From Dehalococcoidia bacterium (GTDB lineage Bacteria > Chloroflexota > Dehalococcoidia > Plut-88900), in the NCBI GenBank assembly GCA_965197585.1, contig OZ240215.1:1632001-1696000 (forward strand): DNA of 64,000 bases, in the 5' to 3' direction. This document shows, piece by piece, positions 38,229 through 47,031 of the stretch (the stretch's first letter is position 1; the number at the start of each line of letters is the position of its first letter). The notes below the pieces were generated by a model that saw only the letters and a program-made list of their open reading frames with translations, did not search any database and was not told where the DNA came from. A program made the translations under genes and the position numbers.

Positions 38229-39176
38229 ATGGAAGTAGCCGTTAAAATCAAACGCTTCAACCGGGAGTCGGGCTCAGGGCCATATTACGAGGACTTCAAG
38301 GTCGAGTGCGATGAGCACGAGATGGTCCTCGACGCCCTGATAAAGATCCGCGAGTACCAGGACCAGTCCCTTGCCCTCCGCTGTTCCTGCCGCAGCGCCA
38401 TCTGCGGCTCCTGCACCATGCGGGTCAACGGTCATGCCGGACTCGCCTGTAACACCAAGATCACCGACGCCCTCTCCCGCTCCGACACCATCGTCGTCGA
38501 GCCTATGGGTAACACCTCGGTAATCAAGGACCTCGTCGTAGACGCTAAACCCTTCTGGGAGAGGATAAACAAGATTCAGCCTTGGCTCTCCCCCACCGGC
38601 CCCACCCCCGACCACGAATATATCGTTGACAACTCCGCCATGCTGGCCCTGAATCAGGTCATGGGCTGCATCATGTGCGGAGCCTGCGTCTCTGACTGCA
38701 CCGTCCTGGAAGTCGACAAGCGTTTCCTCGGGCCCGCTGCCCTTGCCAAGGCCCTCCGCTTCGCCGGAGACCCCAGGGACGGAATAGAAGAAGACAGGCT
38801 CAGGAAGCTCGGTCAGGCTGGCGGCATCTGGGACTGCACCCACTGCTTCGAATGCGTTCAGGTGTGCCCCAAGGGCGTCGCTCCCATGGACCAGATACTT
38901 GAGCTTCGCCGCAAGGCCGTCGAGCAGGGCTTCGTCAACAACAACGGCGCCCGCCACGCCGAGTCCATGTCCAATTCCATCAAGCGAAGTGGCTGGCTGG
39001 ATGAAAAGCGCCTCATCGTCGAGTCCTACGGCATTTTCAACATAGGTGCCCTCCTTGGACTCATCCCCACAGCCTTCCGTTCTCTCAAAGCTAGGAAGTT
39101 GCCGCCTCTTTTTCATCACAAGCGGCCCGGTGCGGACAAAGTAAAGCGCATTTTTGAAAAGCTGGAAAACAAGTAA
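38229..39176 (+). CDS. sdhB: succinate dehydrogenase iron-sulfur subunit (type E-like, extended C-terminus)
   Basis: SCRSAICGSC, CIMCGACVSDC, CTHCFECVQVCP. Confidence 0.94.
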   Translation: MEVAVKIKRFNRESGSGPYYEDFKVECDEHEMVLDALIKIREYQDQSLALRCSCRSAICGSCTMRVNGHAGLACNTKITDALSRSDTIVVEPMGNTSVIKDLVVDAKPFWERINKIQPWLSPTGPTPDHEYIVDNSAMLALNQVMGCIMCGACVSDCTVLEVDKRFLGPAALAKALRFAGDPRDGIEEDRLRKLGQAGGIWDCTHCFECVQVCPKGVAPMDQILELRRKAVEQGFVNNNGARHAESMSNSIKRSGWLDEKRLIVESYGIFNIGALLGLIPTAFRSLKARKLPPLFHHKRPGADKVKRIFEKLENK

Positions 39177-40054
39177 TGAAGTACGCCTGGTATCCCGGAT
39201 GCGTGTCCCAAGGAGCCTGCCCAGAGCTCTTCAAAGCCACCCTCGCCGTAGCCGATAAGCTCGGCATCGAGTTGGTCGAACTCAAGGAGGCTGCCTGCAC
39301 GGGCGCCGGAATCCTCAGCGAGCGCAACCCCGAGCTCTCCGACACCCTCAACGCCCGCACCTTCGCCATGGCCGAGCGTCTGGGCCTCCCCCTCATGACC
39401 ATCTGCAGCACCTGTCAGGGTGTCATGAGTCAGGCCAACTACAAGCTCCAGAACGACCCCGAGTACCTCGCCAAGATCAACGAGACCCTCGCCCTGGAAG
39501 GCCTTGAATACAAGGGCACAACCAAGGTCAGCCACTTGCTCTGGGTAATCGTCGAGGACGTCGGATTGGACAAGGTCGAGCCTCTGGTTGAGAGACCCCT
39601 CACCGGCGTCAAGATCGCCCCCTTCTACGGCTGCTACATCCTCCGCCCCACCATGTATCTCGGCTTCGAAGACCAACCCGAGCGTGACACCTACATCGAG
39701 AAGATCACGACCACCCTCGGTGGCATCGCCGTCGACTACTCAGGCAAGACCAAGTGCTGCGGCTTCCCCATCCTCACCATGAACGAAAAGGCCTCCTACG
39801 CCATGGCCGGAGATCACCTCATAGAAGCCAAACAAGAAGGCGCCGACGTTATGGTAACGCCCTGTCCTCTCTGCCACCTAAACCTGGACGGCGCCCAGCC
39901 CAAAGCCGCCCGTCAGAAGAAGATGCAAATTGGCCTCCCCGTCATCCACCTCCCCCAGATGATAGGCTTGGCCTTCGGCATCCTCCCCAAGAAGCTCGGC
40001 CTAAACCGACACATCGTCAACACCAAGAGCTTCGTCGCCAAAGTCCCCGCCTAA
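39176..40054 (+). CDS. CCG-domain HdrB/SdhE-like subunit of type E succinate dehydrogenase
   Basis: YPGC, ACTGAG, ICSTC, YGC, KCCG, TPCPLCH; TAATG coupling to sdhB. Confidence 0.9.
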   Translation: MKYAWYPGCVSQGACPELFKATLAVADKLGIELVELKEAACTGAGILSERNPELSDTLNARTFAMAERLGLPLMTICSTCQGVMSQANYKLQNDPEYLAKINETLALEGLEYKGTTKVSHLLWVIVEDVGLDKVEPLVERPLTGVKIAPFYGCYILRPTMYLGFEDQPERDTYIEKITTTLGGIAVDYSGKTKCCGFPILTMNEKASYAMAGDHLIEAKQEGADVMVTPCPLCHLNLDGAQPKAARQKKMQIGLPVIHLPQMIGLAFGILPKKLGLNRHIVNTKSFVAKVPA

Positions 40055-40100
40055 CCCCGCCCCATATCGTCCCCTCCCCCCACCCAACCCCCTTAACCTC

Positions 40101-40179
40101 GTCATTCCGGCCGCCGAGAGCCGGAATCCATCCCCAGGGCGGGGCCGCTCACCCTGAGCCCCGTCGAAGGGTCGAGCGG
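40101..40179 (+). repeat. family-B variant (40101-40128) plus free hairpin A (40145-40179)
   Basis: GTCATTCCGGCCGCCGAGAGCCGGAATC; CCGCTCACCCTGAGCCCCGTCGAAGGGTCGAGCGG. Confidence 0.8.
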
Positions 40180-40289
40180 GGGTGGCTCAAGTTCGCCAAT
40201 CCGCCGCATCCGCCCCACCCCAACATACCTCTGGCCTTACCTGGACCCCCGTTGCCGTGCAATTAGGAGGCCAGTTTCACTGTCATTCC

Positions 40290-41345
40290 TGTAAGTGTTA
40301 GGTAATTCGTTGACAGATTGGTATTCAATGGGTAAACCAATCTGGGGGCGAGAATGCGAGACAACAGCAAGGACCTCACCCTTGAACGTAACTACATTCA
40401 GAAGTGGCGGTTCCTCATCCATGAGTATCAACTGGTCAAGGCAGGGAAGCATCCCCGTTTCCGCTTCGCCCAGGACTTCTACTCCTTCCACGGCACTAGC
40501 CGTCAGACCTTCGCCAAGTACTACAACCGGTTCCTCCTTTCCCCCTCCGACAACGCCTTCCTCCCCCGTAAGCGGGGTCCCGGGTGGAAGTCCCGCCGCA
40601 CCCTGCCCTACATCGAGCAGAAGGTCATCAACGAGCGCCTTAACGGTACCAACCGTTACGAGGTCTATGCCATACTCAAACCCATCCTTAAACACAACAC
40701 CCCTAAGCCCTCCACCATCTACGCCATCACCAGACGCCACGGTTTCAATAGGCTCACAAAGCCGATGCAGCAATCGAAGCGCAAGATCATCAAGACCCGG
40801 GCAGGAGAGCTGGGCCACCTGGACAGCCACTACCTCAGCCGGGATACCATCGTGGGCACCAAGCACCGCTACTACCTGGTGGGCCTCATCGACGCCTACA
40901 CCCGTCTGGCCTGGGCCGAAGTGGTCGGAGACATCAAGAGTCTCTCCGTTATGTTTGCTACTCTGAAGTCCATCAACTTCCTCAATGTGGAGTACGGCAT
41001 CCAATTCGAGGCCATCCTCACCGACAACGGCCCCGAGATGGCCTCCCCAAGGAACACCGAGGGCTACCCCATGGAACGGATGCTCAATGAGCTGGGCATA
41101 AAGCACCGCTACACCCGCCCTTATAGGCCCCAGACCAACGGGAAGATAGAGCGGTTCTGGAGAACCTTGAACGAGGACCTGCTGGAGGGCACTACCTTCG
41201 AGTCAGTCTCGGAACTGAAGGACGAGCTTCAGCAGTACCTGATCTACTACAATACTCAACGACCCCACCAGGCAATGGATAGAAAGACCCCTTTGCAAAC
41301 CCTTAAATCTCTCTACTGCTGTCAACGAATTACCTGACTTCTACA
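40290..41345 (+). mobile_element. IS481-family element copy 1 (1056 bp) inserted in a family-B repeat
   Basis: TGT...ACA ends, 27-bp IRs with 23/27 matches (TGTAAGTGTTAGGTAATTCGTTGACAG); ATTCC duplicated at 40285-40289 and 41346-41350. Confidence 0.92.
40354..41337 (+). CDS. IS481-family transposase (rve integrase core)
   Basis: GELGHLD, IDAYTR, LTDNG, PQTNGKIERF, YNTQRPH. Confidence 0.93.
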   Translation: MRDNSKDLTLERNYIQKWRFLIHEYQLVKAGKHPRFRFAQDFYSFHGTSRQTFAKYYNRFLLSPSDNAFLPRKRGPGWKSRRTLPYIEQKVINERLNGTNRYEVYAILKPILKHNTPKPSTIYAITRRHGFNRLTKPMQQSKRKIIKTRAGELGHLDSHYLSRDTIVGTKHRYYLVGLIDAYTRLAWAEVVGDIKSLSVMFATLKSINFLNVEYGIQFEAILTDNGPEMASPRNTEGYPMERMLNELGIKHRYTRPYRPQTNGKIERFWRTLNEDLLEGTTFESVSELKDELQQYLIYYNTQRPHQAMDRKTPLQTLKSLYCCQRIT

Positions 41346-41408
41346 ATTCCGAGGCTCCGCGAGGATCTAGGATTTGCGCGATCACTTATCTGACCTGCCC
41401 CACATTCC

Positions 41409-41445
41409 CCCCTCTCCCTCTGATGGGAGAGGGTTGGGGAGGTGA
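41409..41445 (+). repeat. family-C hairpin repeat
   Basis: CCCCTCTCCCTCTGATGGGAGAGGGTTGGGGAGGTGA. Confidence 0.75.
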
Positions 41446-41475
41446 TTCCCTCCTGGTAGGTGCGCCGCCACCCCC

Positions 41476-41505
41476 TTGACCAAATCAAAACATCCGTGCT
41501 ATATT
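41476..41505 (+). promoter_or_regulatory. sigma70 promoter with overlapping LexA-box-like site
   Basis: TTGACC-AAATC-AAAACATCCGTGCT-ATATT; 2 mismatches to GAAC-N4-GTTC. Confidence 0.55.
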
Positions 41506-41564
41506 ACATCCCAGGTCTCGGCTACGTATGTCGAGCCTAATCAGGAAAGGGATCAAGGAGTCCC

Positions 41565-42239
41565 ATGAGTCGCAACAGCCTAACCAGCACACGTCGCACC
41601 CGAGCGGTATGGGACCGCACGGCCACCGACACGCGCCTCCTCCTGTCCTCTTTTCCCTACCCCGTGTCCCTTGTCAACACCATGAATCCACTGAGGATGA
41701 CCCTAATAGCCAGCGCTCCCTCTCGGCCACCTTCCCCGCAGCGACACCTCGCCGCGGATGCCCGCGTTCCCTCGCCGCGGATGATAACCCACGGCTCACA
41801 CCCCCAGCGAGCTCGCCCCACGACCGTGGATGCCCGCGTTTTATCGCGGATGATTTCCCGCTCCTCCCTCCTTGGCGTAGAAGCGGATGCCTGCGGCATT
41901 GCGCCGCGGATGATTTCCCGCACTGCAACCCTCGATGCAGAAGTGGATGCCTACGGCATTGCGCCGCGGATGATCTCCCACGTCCCGTCCCAGGCCGCAG
42001 AGGGAGCGCTGGCAAACCTCATCCTCACCCTTTCCCCGTCCCCCTTCCGCCTTTCCCCTCCCCTCCATAGGGGATCCTGTGCGCCAAAGCCGGATCATTC
42101 TGGCCTTCGAGCCGGAATCCATCCCTTCAACATTTCCCTTTCCTCCAGTAGGGTCGACCGGCCTGTCGCCCTGGGCGTGGGCACTCCAAATGGGGCGCCC
42201 ACGCCCCTCTCCCCATCCATGAAAGGACCTGCCTGCTAG
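41565..42239 (+). CDS. hypothetical repeat-containing ORF (reading frame uncertain; alternative 41528-42070)
   Basis: AAGGAG SD 4 nt before ATG and upstream promoter; four in-frame repeats; 3' part overlaps REP-like repeats and may be spurious. Confidence 0.35.
   Translation: MSRNSLTSTRRTRAVWDRTATDTRLLLSSFPYPVSLVNTMNPLRMTLIASAPSRPPSPQRHLAADARVPSPRMITHGSHPQRARPTTVDARVLSRMISRSSLLGVEADACGIAPRMISRTATLDAEVDAYGIAPRMISHVPSQAAEGALANLILTLSPSPFRLSPPLHRGSCAPKPDHSGLRAGIHPFNISLSSSRVDRPVALGVGTPNGAPTPLSPSMKGPAC
41751..42002 (+). repeat. imperfect tandem repeat, 4 units spaced 72/57/60 bp
   Basis: Core GYGGATGCCYRCG..(GC)CGCGGATGAT(T/C/A) with GGATG at 41756, 41828, 41885, 41945. Confidence 0.8.
42095..42172 (+). 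repeat. family-B variant (42095-42119) plus GTAG-type REP (42148-42172)
   Basis: TCATTCTGGCCTTCGAGCCGGAATC; GTAGGGTCGACCGGCCTGTCGCCCT. Confidence 0.6.
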
Positions 42240-42421
42240 TCCATACCCCTACACTCCACGCAACTCACAACCGAATATGGAACATCCGCCTTTGGCGGAA
42301 CCGCTTCAACAGGGCCAAAACTTCACAACCTGGATGCGGGGGCAGTCCCCCACCCCTCACATAAGAGAAAAGCGCCGATCCAATCGCCAGCGCTTTCCCT
42401 GCTCAAAGCGGAATATGCAGA

Positions 42422-43456
42422 TCAATTCCTGAAGTAAGGCATCACTTTCTCGGATATCTCCCTCATCATCCCCTTCTTGTCGATAATCGAGAACAGTACC
42501 GTGGACACATTGTCTATCCCCAACGGCTGTAGCTTCTCAATCTGCTCCCCGATATCGTCCGGAGTACCCGTCAACATAAACGTGTCGATCACCCTCTGCG
42601 ACACGACCAGGGAGTGCGGTGCATCCGTCAATTCGTGCTGGTACGGGTCAAAGGCGTCATATACGGCTTTGATCTCCTCCACTATGCCCGGCTGCACCTC
42701 TTCCATCCGGTTCCGCAGGTCCTCGACCTCCGAGGTCTGTCGTCTCAGAAGCGACCTGTACATCTCACACGCACAAGTTGCCGCATAAGACGCCACTTCC
42801 CTCCGAGCCGCCTCCTTGGAAGGCGCAACGTAAATCATCGTACGCGCCCACTTGTCTATGTCATCCAGCGATCTCCCCGCCTTCTCAGCCCCCTTCTCCA
42901 TTACCTCCAGGCTCCACTTCAAGATCGTCGGGTTCACCCCTATCAGGATCGCACCCTCCGCCAACTCCCCAGTCATCCGCAAGGACTTCGGCCCGACCGT
43001 CGCCATGTAAACGGGAATCTGCTTGCGGCTCCACTCGGAGTGCATCATCGCACCGTCGTATTCCACTTCCTTGCCCGCCGTGTATCCTTTGAAGAACTCG
43101 ATAACGTTCCGAAACTCGTCCATCGACCGCGCCTTCATCCCCATCGTCATCACCGAGCTGAACCCCGCGCCGATCCCGAGAAATGCCCTTCCACCCGACA
43201 GCTCATTCACTGTTGCCGTGCCGTTCGCCGTCACCGATGGATGCCGCGTGAACGGGTTCGTCACACCATGTCCGATGTGGATTCTGTGAGTATTCACCGC
43301 CGCCACAGTCATCATTGAATATACTTCCCGGCACAGGTTCTGCGAATCGATAAGGGTCATCTGCTTGAATCCGCAGTCCTCCGCAACCTGGGCGTGAGTA
43401 GCAACCTCATCAAGCCTCAGGTTCCGCCCCATCCCGACACTAAAGTCGAATTTCAT
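42422..43456 (-). CDS. LLM-class oxidoreductase (Mer-like, probably F420-dependent)
   Basis: DSQ, GVTNPFTRHPSVTA, SGGRAFLGIGAG, GPKSL. Confidence 0.9.
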   Translation of the reverse strand: MKFDFSVGMGRNLRLDEVATHAQVAEDCGFKQMTLIDSQNLCREVYSMMTVAAVNTHRIHIGHGVTNPFTRHPSVTANGTATVNELSGGRAFLGIGAGFSSVMTMGMKARSMDEFRNVIEFFKGYTAGKEVEYDGAMMHSEWSRKQIPVYMATVGPKSLRMTGELAEGAILIGVNPTILKWSLEVMEKGAEKAGRSLDDIDKWARTMIYVAPSKEAARREVASYAATCACEMYRSLLRRQTSEVEDLRNRMEEVQPGIVEEIKAVYDAFDPYQHELTDAPHSLVVSQRVIDTFMLTGTPDDIGEQIEKLQPLGIDNVSTVLFSIIDKKGMMREISEKVMPYFRN

Positions 43457-43584
43457 CTATTATTTCCTCTCTTTCGTGACCCCTTCCTAAGGGCCGCATA
43501 ACCCTATCAACCGCCCATTCCCATGTCAACGCCGCACATCTTTTTACTCTTATTTCACCCTTTCGTTGCTTGCCTACCTTTTCC

Positions 43585-43670
43585 CTGCCATCACACCCCT
43601 TTTACTGTCACGCCACATTTTTGCTGTCATTCCACCTTTTCACTGTCATTCCGAGGCCCCGCGAGGAATC
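43585..43670 (+). repeat. 19-20-bp tandem array of CTGTCATTCC-like half-sites ending in a full family-B repeat (43645-43670)
   Basis: CTGCCA 43585, CTGTCA 43605, 43624, 43643. Confidence 0.7.
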
Positions 43671-43780
43671 TAACGCGCATGCCTACAACCCAGCCCCATC
43701 ATCGACCCACCACCCTTGAACCAAAATCCTTGGGCAAGTACGATTGACTCCATATTCACTGACTGCTAGGAGAACCCGAA

Positions 43781-44704
43781 ATGGCTGTGCCACCCCAAAA
43801 CGAACTTCACAGACCGCTACTGGAAATAGCTTTAGGGGCTGGCGAGCCGTTGCATAAGACTCAGTACCTGGAAACTGTCGCTTATCGGCTGTCACTAACG
43901 GCGGAAGACTTGGCTGAAATGCTTCCATCAGGCCAGCAGTCCCGGATTTTGAACAGAGTGGATTGGGGGCTCTACTACTTACTAAAGGCTGGATTGCTCC
44001 AAAGACCCTCCAGAGGTAGCTATCAAATCACTACTTCCGGCCGAGACTACCTTAAGGATCATACAGGCCCTATCTCATTTTCCCAATTGAGAACATTAAC
44101 AGACCGGCGGGAGTCGGAAGACGAGAGATCACCAACGAGAATATCTCCCCAATCTCCCTTCCATTGCGGAAAGCCGAATGAAAGTGATTCCTCGCCTCAG
44201 GAGAGAATCGATAGCGGATACCGTGAACAACAGGATCAGCTAGCGGATGAGCTACTGAACAGTATCTCCCAGATTTCCCCCGAAGGCTTCGAACGCTTGG
44301 TAGTCGACTTGCTGGAGAACATGGGCTATGGCAGAGGTGAGGCTATAGGCAAAAGCGGAGACGCTGGTATTGACGGCATCATCAACCAGGATGCCTTGGG
44401 ATTGGAAAAGGTATATATGCAGGCCAAGCGATGGCAAAGCCAAGTCGGCGAACCAGAAATACGCAACTTCTCGGGTAGCCTGGATGCCAAAGGAGCGAGC
44501 AAGGGAGTCTTTGTCACCACTTCTAGCTTTAGCGCCAGTGCAACACAGACTGCCAAAACCATCTCCGCTGGCAGCAAATTTATCCGTCTCATTGACGGCC
44601 CGGAATTGGCTAGACTGATGCTCGAACACGATGTTGGTGTCATTACAAGATACACCTACAAAATACAGACCTTGGACGAAAACTATTTCTCCGAAGACCT
44701 ATAG
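43781..44704 (+). CDS. mrr: Mrr-family type IV restriction endonuclease
   Basis: Mrr_N (LPSGQQ..NRVDW..YLLKAGLL.RPSRG) and catalytic DAGIDG...QAKRW, KGVFVTTS, LIDG; lower GC than flanks. Confidence 0.92.
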   Translation: MAVPPQNELHRPLLEIALGAGEPLHKTQYLETVAYRLSLTAEDLAEMLPSGQQSRILNRVDWGLYYLLKAGLLQRPSRGSYQITTSGRDYLKDHTGPISFSQLRTLTDRRESEDERSPTRISPQSPFHCGKPNESDSSPQERIDSGYREQQDQLADELLNSISQISPEGFERLVVDLLENMGYGRGEAIGKSGDAGIDGIINQDALGLEKVYMQAKRWQSQVGEPEIRNFSGSLDAKGASKGVFVTTSSFSASATQTAKTISAGSKFIRLIDGPELARLMLEHDVGVITRYTYKIQTLDENYFSEDL

Positions 44705-44801
44705 CCCCGCAGTGTCTACCTCAAGCAGTTCCACTGACGTTCTTCTCCTCTGATATACTCCCCTCAAACCCCCAACACCCCACCACAACGGATATCACAC
44801 C

Positions 44802-45953
44802 ATGAAATTCGGATACTTCGACACCCGCGTTGACCCCGGCGGCGACCGACACTACCACCAGCTCCTAGACGACCTTCGAGAGGAAGTCGTCCTCTGCGAG
44901 CAGGCCGGTTTCCACTCCGCCTGGGTCGGCGAGCACCACATGGGCCCCGAGGGTATGGACCAGCTTCCCAACCCTGTCCTCATGTGCGCCGACCTCGCCT
45001 GCCGCACCAGCCGCATCCGTCTCGGCCAGGGCGCCAACCTCTTGCCCTACTGGCACCCCATCCGCCTCGCCGAGGACATCGCAATGTTGGACCAGATGAC
45101 CAAGGGCCGCATCGACGTGGCGATTGGCCGAGGTGTCCGTTCTCGGGAAGGCTCCGTCTTCCACCCCAAGTCCGACCCCGCCAACCCAGAGGCCAACCGC
45201 GAGCTTTTCGAAGAGTCTCTGGACGTCCTCATCAACTCTTGGACCAACGAGTTCTTCTCTCATAAGGGTCCCAACTACACCTTCCCTGCGCCGGGCATCC
45301 ATTGGAACCACCCCCTGAGCCCTCCCGACCCCCGGTGGTCCGAAGGCGATCTCGTCACCAAGCTGCAAATGCTTCCCAAGCCCTACCAGAAGCCCCACCC
45401 GCCCCTCTGGCAGGTCACCGACAGTGATCGCTCCATCGCCTTCGCCGCCGAGAGAGGCATGAAGGTCATCAACTGGCAGCCGACGCCCGCCCTGCTCAAG
45501 AAGAAATTCCAACTCTACGCCGACACCCGTTCCCGCGCCGAGGGTCGCACCTTCCCCTCAGGAGAAGGTATGGCCCTCATGCGAACAACTTACATAGCCC
45601 CCACAATGGAGGAGGCCCGCAGAGACGCCGAGGCCGGGATGCTGATGACCTTCCGCTGGACCCAGAACCGCCGGCCCCTCATCAACTTCATGAATCCCGG
45701 CGAAGAAGTCCGCCCCGACATGGCCTTGGACTGGGACCTGTTGTTTGGGAGAAACCTACTAATCGGCTCCCCGGAATACGTCGTCGAAAGGCTCGAGGAA
45801 CTTCAGGAAACCATCGGCCTGCAGGAGCTTATGACTTACATGGCCATGCCCTACATACCCCACTCCAAAGTCATGCGCAGCATCGAGCTTTTCGCCGAAA
45901 AGGTCATGCCCCACTTCCAAAAGGCGGCGCCTCAACCCATTCACGCCTCTTGA
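44802..45953 (+). CDS. LLM-class flavin-dependent monooxygenase (luciferase-like)
   Basis: WVGEHH, HPIRLAEDIAMLD, PKPYQKPHPPLW, IELFAEKVMP. Confidence 0.92.
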   Translation: MKFGYFDTRVDPGGDRHYHQLLDDLREEVVLCEQAGFHSAWVGEHHMGPEGMDQLPNPVLMCADLACRTSRIRLGQGANLLPYWHPIRLAEDIAMLDQMTKGRIDVAIGRGVRSREGSVFHPKSDPANPEANRELFEESLDVLINSWTNEFFSHKGPNYTFPAPGIHWNHPLSPPDPRWSEGDLVTKLQMLPKPYQKPHPPLWQVTDSDRSIAFAAERGMKVINWQPTPALLKKKFQLYADTRSRAEGRTFPSGEGMALMRTTYIAPTMEEARRDAEAGMLMTFRWTQNRRPLINFMNPGEEVRPDMALDWDLLFGRNLLIGSPEYVVERLEELQETIGLQELMTYMAMPYIPHSKVMRSIELFAEKVMPHFQKAAPQPIHAS

Positions 45954-46053
45954 CCCACGCTTTTATCCCAAATCCACCTTCCCACTACCCTAGTACATCG
46001 CGCCTTTCATCCACAGCACAGAGGCATATCCCCCCACCCCAAAGGAGACCCGA

Positions 46054-46986
46054 TTGAAAATCTTCGTTTCCGGCTCCCTCGCCTACGACCGCATCATGGA
46101 CTTCCCGGGCCGCTTCTCCGATCACATCATGCCCGATAAGCTCCACATGATTAACATCAGCTTCGCCGTCAACAGCCTCGTCGAAAGGCCCGGTGGCACC
46201 GCCGGAAACATCGCCTACGCTCTCCGACTCCTGGGCAAAGACCCGACAATCGTCGCTGCCATCGGGCACGACTGCCAAAGCTACTTCCGTTGGTTAGACG
46301 ACAAGGGCATCGACCGCAGTGCCGTCCACGTCGTCGAGGAAGAAGCCACCGCCTGCGCCCACATCATCACCGACATGGCCGACAACCAGATCACCGCCTT
46401 CAACCCCGGCGCCATGAAACACCCCTCCCCCTTCCCCTCCGAGGCCATCGATCCGTCCGATTCCATCGCCATCATCGGCCCCGGCAACCTGGACGACATG
46501 ATTGATCTTCCTCAACGGTTCCGCGACCAAGGCGTCCGGTTCATCTTCGACCCCGGCCAGTCCCTCCCCATTTGGGACCCTAAACCCTTAGCCCGATCCA
46601 TTGAAGGTTCCCATATCTTGATCTCTAATGATTATGAGCTGGCCCTAATCAAGGAGAAAACCGGATTAACAGACGATGCCTTGCTCCTCCTCACCGACAC
46701 CATAATCACCACCAAGGGTGAGCAGGGCTCTGTAATAGTGACCGATGAGGGCGAGACATTGGTCCCCGCCATCCCCCGCCCCGACACCCTCGTAGACCCC
46801 ACCGGTGCCGGTGATGCCTACCGAGGTGGACTCATCAAGGGTCTGGTAACCGGGCAATCCCTAGAACAATCCTGTCGGCTAGGTACCACCTGCGCCTCCT
46901 TCGCCATCGAGGTTCAGGGCACCCAAGAATACGCCTTCACCCCCGAACAGCTCCAAGAACGCCTCACCACCCACTTCCCCAATTAG
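46054..46986 (+). CDS. PfkB-family carbohydrate/nucleoside kinase (adenosine kinase-like)
   Basis: SGSLAYD, GGTAGNIAY, FDPGQ, NDYE, DPTGAGDAYRGG; AAGGAG SD before TTG. Confidence 0.92.
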   Translation: MKIFVSGSLAYDRIMDFPGRFSDHIMPDKLHMINISFAVNSLVERPGGTAGNIAYALRLLGKDPTIVAAIGHDCQSYFRWLDDKGIDRSAVHVVEEEATACAHIITDMADNQITAFNPGAMKHPSPFPSEAIDPSDSIAIIGPGNLDDMIDLPQRFRDQGVRFIFDPGQSLPIWDPKPLARSIEGSHILISNDYELALIKEKTGLTDDALLLLTDTIITTKGEQGSVIVTDEGETLVPAIPRPDTLVDPTGAGDAYRGGLIKGLVTGQSLEQSCRLGTTCASFAIEVQGTQEYAFTPEQLQERLTTHFPN

Positions 46987-47031
46987 GATTAGTGGTCTTC
47001 CTAGCCCACCAGCATTTGCCGTGTCATTCCC

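Noticed and set aside
36510-40054. Selenocysteine recoding in Sdh/HdrB-like or other genes, given selB
   Set aside because: No in-frame TGA interrupts a recognisable domain in the window.
41751-42002. CRISPR array
   Set aside because: Only four divergent units, irregular short and partly homologous spacers, spacings all multiples of 3, and no cas genes in the window; kept as an unexplained repeat.
42320-42362. tRNA/tmRNA 3'-end remnant (GGATGCGGGGGCAGTCCCCCACCCCTCAC)
   Set aside because: Only a T-arm-like hairpin; no TTC loop, CCA end or acceptor-stem partner.
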